DNA of 13,147 nt from Bdellovibrionota bacterium. GTDB lineage: Bacteria; Bdellovibrionota; UBA1018; UBA923. Below, piece after piece: positions 7,063 through 13,147 of the stretch (position 1 is the stretch's first letter; the number at the start of each line of letters is the position of its first letter). Position numbers and translations under genes: made by a program. The stretch is from the NCBI GenBank assembly GCA_040754655.1, contig JBFMCE010000100.1:1-13147 (forward strand), written 5' to 3'. Below the pieces are notes generated by a model. That model was given only the letters and a program-made list of their open reading frames with translations. It was not told the origin of the DNA and made no database searches.

Positions 7063-7608
7063 TTATGAAGAAACTTCTTTTTGTCTGCGTTCAAGCTCAA
7101 CAACCCGCTCAGTAACATTAGCAGTCTGATCTCGGATGATTTTAAGATTTTTATGGACGTTGGCAAATTCAGACCTCATCACAGTTTCAAGCCTTTTTAT
7201 TTGCACTCCATTTTCTTGAATCTGTTCTTTCAAAAACTCAAACCTGCTGTTGATCTTGGCGTTAAGGCTTATATTGAATGTATCGATTTTGACATCGAGC
7301 TTCTTGTCACTTTCGTCGATCTTTAAACCAAGCCTTTTATCAACTTCATCGATCTTTGAACCGAGCCTCTTATCAACTTCGTCGATCTTTGAACCGAGCC
7401 TCTTATCAACTTCGTCGATCTTTGAACCGAGTCTCTTATCAACCCCGTCGATCTTTGAACTAAGCCTCTCGTCGACCCCGTCGATCTTCGCACCAAGCCG
7501 CTTATCAACTTTCTCAATCTTCGAACTCAGTCTCTTATCAACACCGCCAATCTTTGTATTGATCTTCTTTAGTTCTGTGAAAACTGCATCAAGAGTGACC
7601 TTAGCCAT
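7063..7608 (-). CDS. Hypothetical coiled-coil protein with 11-residue 'KIDEVDKRLGS' repeats, ~181 aa
   Basis: Open frame with hendecad periodicity reminiscent of KID-repeat proteins such as Borrelia Bdr. Many repeat differences are synonymous or conservative in this frame. ATG 7608 preferred over TTG 7614; no SD, signal peptide or TM segment seen. Confidence 0.8.
   Translation of the reverse strand: MAKVTLDAVFTELKKINTKIGGVDKRLSSKIEKVDKRLGAKIDGVDERLSSKIDGVDKRLGSKIDEVDKRLGSKIDEVDKRLGSKIDEVDKRLGLKIDESDKKLDVKIDTFNISLNAKINSRFEFLKEQIQENGVQIKRLETVMRSEFANVHKNLKIIRDQTANVTERVVELERRQKEVSS
7285..7548. repeat. 33-bp coding tandem repeat, about 8 units
   Basis: Unit GATCTTTGAACCGAGCCTCTTATCAACTTCGTC is exact at 7351-7383 and 7384-7416, with degenerate copies starting at 7285, 7318, 7417, 7450, 7483 and 7516. 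Confidence 0.95.
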
Positions 7609-7668
7609 AAGCAATGATTGCTAACAAATCTCTTCAGTCGGTGCAATGTAAGAGACAAAAAAATCTAC

Positions 7669-7710
7669 GACTAAACTGAATTGATCGGTGACTAAACTGA
7701 ATTGATCGGT
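7669..7710. repeat. Perfect 21-bp tandem duplication, intergenic
   Basis: GACTAAACTGAATTGATCGGT at 7669-7689 and 7690-7710. Confidence 0.95.
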
Positions 7711-7774
7711 AAATTTTTTTTGCTGGTCACGGCTGCTCCAGTAAAAAACCTATTCTCTCCGTATCGCATACAAT

Positions 7775-8773
7775 CTAAAGCTGGACCAGCAGCTTCGGTG
7801 CGGAATAAGTGAGCCAAAACACGCACGCACCCGTCGAAGGGTTTTTGCTTAACTCTCGTTTTAGCGCCGCCGCGACTTTACCCGTATACGTTGTCTCAAG
7901 TTCAACAGCTTCCTCTTTGGCCCATTCCTGCACAGCCAACTCCGACTCTTCAGTCGGTGCTGCATAACCGGCCCCAAGAGCCGAAGAATCAACCACAAGA
8001 TTCTCGAGATCAAAACACTCGGGATGCAGCCGGAGAATCTTGCCTGATCGCCTTGCAAGCCTCTTAAGCGCTGGCAATTCAGTTCTACTTCCCGGCACAA
8101 CTCGAACGGCATGAACCTTCGTTTTAAGGCCCGCTGCTCGAAGGCCTATAGCGAGGCCGACCGCGGTTCCCCCCGTTCCCAAAGCGACAAATAGCTTTTC
8201 AGGCTCAGGCAATTTCCTTTGATGCACCTGCCCCGCCAATTCAATCGCCGCCTGCACATAACCCAATGTGCCGACTGCGTTGCTTCCTCCCGGTGGAATG
8301 ACCATGAGTTTCTTGAACCTTGAAAACCATTTCAGAGTGCCCGCCACAAAAGCAGCGGCGAAATTATCCACAATGTGAATAGACTGAGCGTACTTTCTCA
8401 CCAATTGTTTTTTTGTCTCAAGCAACCGTCGATCAGAGTCACTCATTTTCGAAGGCGCTTTGACTAAAATCAAATGACAAGGCACGCCACGCAGTTTGCA
8501 ATGATAGGCAGCTGCCAAAGCGTGATTGCTATTCTCAAAGCCAAATGTCACCACTTCCTGCTTGTTCTTGAGCGCCTGTGCAATCAGATATTCTAATTTT
8601 CGGGGCTTGTTGCCACCATAGACCGGATGAGTCACCGAATCGTCTTTCAGCCAGACTTCGTCGTTGGGGAAAAGCTTTGAGAGTCTTCGGACCGGCGTCG
8701 GTCGATCAACGATCGCCACTCTTGATTGAGACGCAAGGCTACGGTTCAACTCTTCAAAATCAGGTATCGCCAT
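7775..8773 (-). CDS. PLP-dependent enzyme, D-cysteine desulfhydrase / ACC deaminase family
   Basis: PTPV, WLKDD, YGGNKPRKLEY (PLP lysine), SNHA, IPPGGSN..GTLGYV, ALGTGGTAVGL, GAGYA and YTGK. YTGK rather than YEGK argues against a true ACC deaminase. Confidence 0.88.
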   Translation of the reverse strand: MAIPDFEELNRSLASQSRVAIVDRPTPVRRLSKLFPNDEVWLKDDSVTHPVYGGNKPRKLEYLIAQALKNKQEVVTFGFENSNHALAAAYHCKLRGVPCHLILVKAPSKMSDSDRRLLETKKQLVRKYAQSIHIVDNFAAAFVAGTLKWFSRFKKLMVIPPGGSNAVGTLGYVQAAIELAGQVHQRKLPEPEKLFVALGTGGTAVGLAIGLRAAGLKTKVHAVRVVPGSRTELPALKRLARRSGKILRLHPECFDLENLVVDSSALGAGYAAPTEESELAVQEWAKEEAVELETTYTGKVAAALKRELSKNPSTGACVFWLTYSAPKLLVQL

Positions 8774-8842
8774 ACAACCAAAATTTCTACACCGAAGATT
8801 TCAGTATTGATACTCGTGTCTGGCGAACCTATCCTTTTATTG

Positions 8843-9994
8843 GTGAAGACTCGGGAAAACATCTCTCTAAAACGTCTACTCCGCTTGGGAGCTTTTGCAT
8901 GCGCTTTCGCCTCGGCATGTTCGCTTGATGATCCTGTGCGCCAAGCAGGAACAAGTTTAAAGATAATATTAGAGGATCAGTCAGTTCAGCGTGCTGGGCT
9001 CGACGTCTTGGCCGCACCAACACAAACATCCGACTTCAATTGTTTTGCGATCAATGTCAGTGGATCGGGCATCAACTCAAACATTCTCATCAACAGGCAA
9101 TGCAGCTCAAATGACAATATGCGTGGACGCGGTTTTGGGATTTTTTCGCCGTTGGTCCAACGGGGCTCGACTATTGAGCTCGATGTTCCGCCAGGTCCCG
9201 CTAGAAGCATCGATGTTTACGGCATTTATCCGGCTGCTGCCGAATGTGGTGGAAGCGCATCCAACACCGTAACAGGTTATTTCCTGGGCTCGGTCACGAA
9301 GAATCTCGGTGAGAGCACAGCGGTAACCATTCCTATTCAATATTCAGGATCGTCATCGAACCTTACGTGCACAAGTGGAAGTTCAAACTCCACGTTGAGG
9401 TTTGTTCCGTCGGGATCTGCCCAAGATGGAAAGATTTATCGCAACAGCTCGGGCTCTTGTTTCGTTGACGATGCAATCATCACAACCACAAATACACCAA
9501 GCCTTTCAGGCATGACCGAAGTCATCGGCACCGAGTATGCCTATGTCGCAAGCCAAGACAGCTCTCTGCTTTTTACCGAATGCGATTATGTCGGGGTCAA
9601 CTTCGATACTCAAGTGACTTACGTCACCTGGGATCTTAGCGCCATTGACCTTGCGTCTTACGGTACAATGAAGATTTCCTGGGTCGGAGCGGCCGGTCAT
9701 TATAGTTCGACCTGCAACGGCGCAACAACGACTCTGGGGCACGGAGGAGGATCGTCTCCTCCTCTCTGGCTGGTACAAGCCTGGAGATACGATTCAGGAT
9801 CAGGCTCGCAGTGGGCGACGATCGGAATGAATACCGTCGGCCAGTCGACGTTAGCTCAGACCTTCACTGAACCTTCTGCGTTTAAAGATGCGAGTGGTCT
9901 GGTTTGGGTGCGAATCGTATCGGATAATCCTGGAAGCACGAGCTATTGCTCTTCGGTTCAAACTGATTTTGTTGAATTAGAACTTGGCCCCTAG
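8843..9994 (+). CDS. Hypothetical Ser/Thr/Gly-rich lipoprotein, ~383 aa
   Basis: Long ORF. Starting at GTG 8843 (or TTG 8840) avoids overlap with the divergent gene and gives a signal peptide ending in AFASA-C. Looks beta-rich, with several Cys and a Ser-rich linker between two apparent domains. Start codon uncertain. Confidence 0.8.
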   Translation: MKTRENISLKRLLRLGAFACAFASACSLDDPVRQAGTSLKIILEDQSVQRAGLDVLAAPTQTSDFNCFAINVSGSGINSNILINRQCSSNDNMRGRGFGIFSPLVQRGSTIELDVPPGPARSIDVYGIYPAAAECGGSASNTVTGYFLGSVTKNLGESTAVTIPIQYSGSSSNLTCTSGSSNSTLRFVPSGSAQDGKIYRNSSGSCFVDDAIITTTNTPSLSGMTEVIGTEYAYVASQDSSLLFTECDYVGVNFDTQVTYVTWDLSAIDLASYGTMKISWVGAAGHYSSTCNGATTTLGHGGGSSPPLWLVQAWRYDSGSGSQWATIGMNTVGQSTLAQTFTEPSAFKDASGLVWVRIVSDNPGSTSYCSSVQTDFVELELGP

Positions 9995-10038
9995 AAAAGA
10001 GAAGGCCAGCTGCATCCCACTGCCTGCAGCCGGCCTTC
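9993..10038 (-). terminator. Intrinsic terminator for the TPR-bEBP operon
   Basis: 14-bp stem 10001-10014 / 10025-10038. The single A/C mismatch on plus becomes a G-U pair on minus, followed by UCUUUUCU. Sits between convergent genes. Confidence 0.7.
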
Positions 10039-10068
10039 CATAGAAGTCTAACTATTGCCGCTTGATTT

Positions 10069-11043
10069 TCAAACGTTAATTCCGGCTTTTCGATACTCAT
10101 TCAGTTTATTGCGCAGCGTGCGAATGCTGATGCCAAGCTCACGCGCGGTGTGAGTTCGGTTGCCATTGTGAAACGCAAGCGACTTCAAGATCACGGCGCG
10201 TTCAATTTGCTCAAGAGTACGACCTGGGGCCCATTGAGCTTCAGCTTCCCAATCAACTGAGTGGGCACCGGCTCCTTGATGCGCCGTATTGATGGCTTGC
10301 CCCACCAGCACGTCCGTAGCTCGCACAAGGCCATCCTGGGCCGCCATCATCGCTCGCTCAAGAATGCCTTCAAGCTCGCGAAGATTGCCCGGAAACCCAT
10401 GGCTTGCAAGTTTCTGAACCGCTTCTTCAGTGATTCCAGACACCCTGCGGCCCGTACGCGTTGCGATGCGGCCCATCAAAGAAGAAACGATCAACTTGAG
10501 ATCCGCCGTGCGTTCACGCAATGGAGGAACGATGATCGCGACGTTATTGAGTTTGTAGTACAAAGCTTCAAGAAAAGTTCCTTGCGCCACGAGTTCGGCC
10601 AAGTTCCTGTTCGAGATAGCGATGATGCGAACATCGACATTCACGCCGGTCTTTGAACCAATCCGGTCTACCAGGCCAGTCTCAAGGACTTTCAGTACCT
10701 TCGCTTGAAGTTTTGGCGTCAACTCAGACACATCGTCGAGAATCAGCGAGCCGCCGTTGGCTTGCTCGAATTTACCTCTTTTTTCGCTTACCGTTCCCGC
10801 AAACGCGCCCTTTTCGAAACCAAAAAGCTCGGTCTCAAGCAACATTTCAGGTTGCTGGGCACAATTCACCGTCACACAAGCGCCATTCACTCGCTCAGAA
10901 CGCTCGTGAATGAACTTCGCCATTGTTCCCTTGCCTGTCCCTGGCTCACCTTGGATCAACACGGAAGATTTCGTAGGAGCCACCGTTTCGGCAAGCTTTA
11001 CGATGTCTTTCACCTTGGTATCGTTCGTTTGTATTTCAATCAT
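10069..11043 (-). CDS. Sigma54 enhancer-binding-protein homologue (AAA+ plus Fis-type HTH, no receiver or sensor domain) with degenerate catalytic motifs
   Basis: VLIQGEPGTGK, VNCA, ETELFGFEKGAF, VDVRIIA, PPLRER, PGNLREL and C-terminal HTH GNRTHTARELGISIRTLRNKL. SD AGGAGG; ATGA overlap with the upstream TPR gene. Confidence 0.92.
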   Translation of the reverse strand: MIEIQTNDTKVKDIVKLAETVAPTKSSVLIQGEPGTGKGTMAKFIHERSERVNGACVTVNCAQQPEMLLETELFGFEKGAFAGTVSEKRGKFEQANGGSLILDDVSELTPKLQAKVLKVLETGLVDRIGSKTGVNVDVRIIAISNRNLAELVAQGTFLEALYYKLNNVAIIVPPLRERTADLKLIVSSLMGRIATRTGRRVSGITEEAVQKLASHGFPGNLRELEGILERAMMAAQDGLVRATDVLVGQAINTAHQGAGAHSVDWEAEAQWAPGRTLEQIERAVILKSLAFHNGNRTHTARELGISIRTLRNKLNEYRKAGINV

Positions 11044-13145
11044 TGATTCGACCTCCTGTCTTTTTCATTCATTCGTTTTGAAATATCGGTCTCCCACTCA
11101 TGTTGGTCCAGTTCAGCCTGTGCGGATTTCTTCCAGATATCGTTATTGGCTGTCTGTGCCAGCTTGCGGAATGCCGCAATTGCCTCATTATCGCGTCCAA
11201 GCGAAGCCAGCGACTTACCTCGCATGAACTCGAACTCTCCTCGACGTGGGTGATCAGGTTTAAACCTAAGCAGATCGTCAATGGCACCCACAGCGCCGCT
11301 GAAATTTGAAGAATCATAAAGATTTTGCGCGTAAAGCTCTTTCACGCGAGAGATCGACGATGAAAGATGCGTTTGAGCGCCAAACTTGAATAATGCGTAT
11401 TCCGCGAGCTTGACGGCTTCGCGAGCATTACGCAGGCGATTGACGTTTTCAAGCCGACGCAACGTGATCGCGAATTGGCGATCGACCGGGAACTTCTTTA
11501 CGAGCCCGGTTTCCAGGATGCGATTGTCATACGAAACAGCCGCGCGCAGATCTTCTTTCGCAAGCGCCGCCTGAGCGAGCTCGTCGTATTTTTCAGCGGC
11601 TAACTTCCCATCGTCGCGGATATAAGTCAGTTGGGCGATCGTATGCGAGGCATTCTCACCGGTAAACCTTGAATGCCTGCCCTTCAGGTACCAATACGAA
11701 TCTTTCTCGTCATCGGTGGCAGTCTCAATCGAGTTATGCAGGCCTGCTAACTTTTCACTGACTCCTTTGAAGTCTTTTGCTTCCAACTGAGCCTTGGCGA
11801 TCGCGAGCATATAGCTGACCTGAGCGGGTTGAGGCGCGAAATCCCCATAATCTTTTACGACGGCCAACAAATCCTCATGTTTTCCTGGCGCATCAAGCTC
11901 AAGGACCCGATTCACGACGGCCTTCGCAAAGACCTTTTTAAAGGAATCTGAGAGCGGCATGCCCTCGAGCTTGGGCCGGTATTCTCCGACTTTTTTCAGC
12001 GCTTGTTGGTAGTTTCCATTCTCTACGTTGAAACGCGCTTCCGCGAGATCCATCCAACGTTCAACCTCGAGAGGATCTACGAGAGGGCTTTCAATAGGCT
12101 TCAGGTTGCGTTCTTCGAAGAACTTTGAGAAAAAAATGAAGTTGCGGTCTTTCTTAGTCAAACCTCGATGGCAATTTGAAAGGCGAAGCTCAGCCATAAC
12201 CGCGCCAGGCGAATAGGGGTTGCGGTGGATCACTTCTTCATAGAGCTTCCCTATTCTCTCATGCTGACCACGATCTGATTTTTTCAGCAGGATTTGCTCA
12301 AGCTCAGCCAATCGCAAATCAGCCGCCCAGGAAACCCCGTCAGAACTAAATCTCTTTTCAAACTCTTTGTAGACTCGCCTTGCTTCCTCATACTTGCCCA
12401 ACTGAAAGTAGATCTCGGCCAAGTTTAGCCACGCCGTAGGGAAACGAGTTGAATCATTCTCGCGTTCGCGAACGGCCTGCTCGAAAGACAGGGCTGCGCG
12501 CTCCCAGAACTTGCGCGCCATATAGACTTCGCCGATTCTAAAAACGGCCTCAGAGCTGAACTCATTCGATTGATCAATCACATTCTGATACGCCCTCTCG
12601 GCGCGATCAAGCTCACCCACCGCAAAGAGGGCTTCGGCACTCGCCAAACGGAACACGCTTCGCGCCAGATCGAAGGCCTTCCGGTCTTCGCCTTCGAGCA
12701 GAGGCTGCTCAGCGCCACGAAGAGCGTACTCAAGAGAATCGATGGGAGTGCCTTTTTCAATGAACTCTTGAACCAAGAACGCAAGCGCTGCGCGCCCCCT
12801 CTTCGAGTCTGGCGCTTCAAGCACGATTCTTCGGTATAGGTCTAACGCTTGGTTCATGTAAACCGGCGTGCGCAAAAGCCGTGACAGTTGAACAAGCGTG
12901 CTGGCCTTTAAAAAGGCCAGCTCGGCTTTCAAGGGGCTAGCGGAGTATTGCCGTTCAAAAAAATCAATCGCGCGTAGAACAAGCGCATATTGTTGTTCAT
13001 TGTAAAGTTTGAAGGCCAGCCTATAGTGTGCGATCTCTTTTTCACGATTGCCGAGCTTTTCATGAGGTTTCGCTTTTGAGAGCGGATACTCATATTTCGA
13101 GTCAGCTGGCATCAAATTGAAGAACGACCGGTATTGGAAGGGCTT
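11040..13145 (-). CDS. Large tetratricopeptide-repeat protein (5'-partial; frame open to the window edge)
   Basis: TPR-like units: SEAVFRIGEVYMARKFWERAALSFEQAV, TAWLNLAEIYFQLGKYEEARRVYKEF, FEFMRGKSLASLGRDNEAIAAFRKL. No stop between 13115 and 13145 (KPFQYRSFFNLM...), so the track's start is probably not the true start. Confidence 0.88.
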   Translation of the reverse strand, partial: KPFQYRSFFNLMPADSKYEYPLSKAKPHEKLGNREKEIAHYRLAFKLYNEQQYALVLRAIDFFERQYSASPLKAELAFLKASTLVQLSRLLRTPVYMNQALDLYRRIVLEAPDSKRGRAALAFLVQEFIEKGTPIDSLEYALRGAEQPLLEGEDRKAFDLARSVFRLASAEALFAVGELDRAERAYQNVIDQSNEFSSEAVFRIGEVYMARKFWERAALSFEQAVRERENDSTRFPTAWLNLAEIYFQLGKYEEARRVYKEFEKRFSSDGVSWAADLRLAELEQILLKKSDRGQHERIGKLYEEVIHRNPYSPGAVMAELRLSNCHRGLTKKDRNFIFFSKFFEERNLKPIESPLVDPLEVERWMDLAEARFNVENGNYQQALKKVGEYRPKLEGMPLSDSFKKVFAKAVVNRVLELDAPGKHEDLLAVVKDYGDFAPQPAQVSYMLAIAKAQLEAKDFKGVSEKLAGLHNSIETATDDEKDSYWYLKGRHSRFTGENASHTIAQLTYIRDDGKLAAEKYDELAQAALAKEDLRAAVSYDNRILETGLVKKFPVDRQFAITLRRLENVNRLRNAREAVKLAEYALFKFGAQTHLSSSISRVKELYAQNLYDSSNFSGAVGAIDDLLRFKPDHPRRGEFEFMRGKSLASLGRDNEAIAAFRKLAQTANNDIWKKSAQAELDQHEWETDISKRMNEKDRRSNQ

Positions 13146-13147
13146 AT

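Noticed and set aside
7250..7624. Plus-strand 124-aa ORF with SSIFEPSLLST repeats, and other frames over the repeat
   Set aside because: Shadow of the 33-bp repeat; the minus-strand frame is longer and gives a coherent coiled coil.
7285..7710. 33-bp and 21-bp repeats as a CRISPR array or iterons
   Set aside because: Units are directly adjacent with no spacers, the 33-mer is in-frame coding, and no cas or rep gene is present.
8726..8842. N-terminal extension of the 422-aa ORF given in the track
   Set aside because: Overlaps the divergent PLP-enzyme start and buries the signal peptide; 8840 or 8843 is more plausible.
10069..11043. Calling the bEBP a pseudogene, or naming it fleQ/flrC/ntrC
   Set aside because: No frameshift or internal stop and expression signals are intact; with no receiver or FleQ domain, orthology cannot be assigned by eye.
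27..12839. Remaining short ORFs nested in or antisense to pot, trmB, fliC, bEBP and TPR genes
   Set aside because: They lie largely or wholly within well-supported genes and show no motifs or expression signals; treated as shadow ORFs.

Overview
Bacterial chromosomal window with no mobile element, CRISPR array or structural RNA gene that I can support. A short 277-aa flagellin, sigma54/sigma28 signals and Cys/Ser/Thr-rich orphan lipoproteins suggest a Bdellovibrionota/deltaproteobacteria-like host (inference). Left to right: a potABCD polyamine ABC transporter operon (potA cut by the window edge); a Cys/Gly/Tyr-rich orphan lipoprotein behind a good sigma54 promoter; trmB; a 51-aa double-CxxC zinc-ribbon protein (DUF5679-like) missing from the ORF track; a flagellin with sigma28 promoter, CsrA-type leader and terminator; an 11-residue 'KID' repeat coiled-coil gene flanked by related repeats and palindromes; a PLP-dependent D-cysteine desulfhydrase-like enzyme; a divergent ~383-aa lipoprotein; and a TPR gene (cut by the window edge) translationally coupled to a sigma54 enhancer-binding-protein (bEBP) homologue. 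The most notable observation is that this bEBP has an intact HTH but substitutions in the GAFTGA loop, Walker B and Arg fingers, so it looks like a catalytically dead pseudo-activator.
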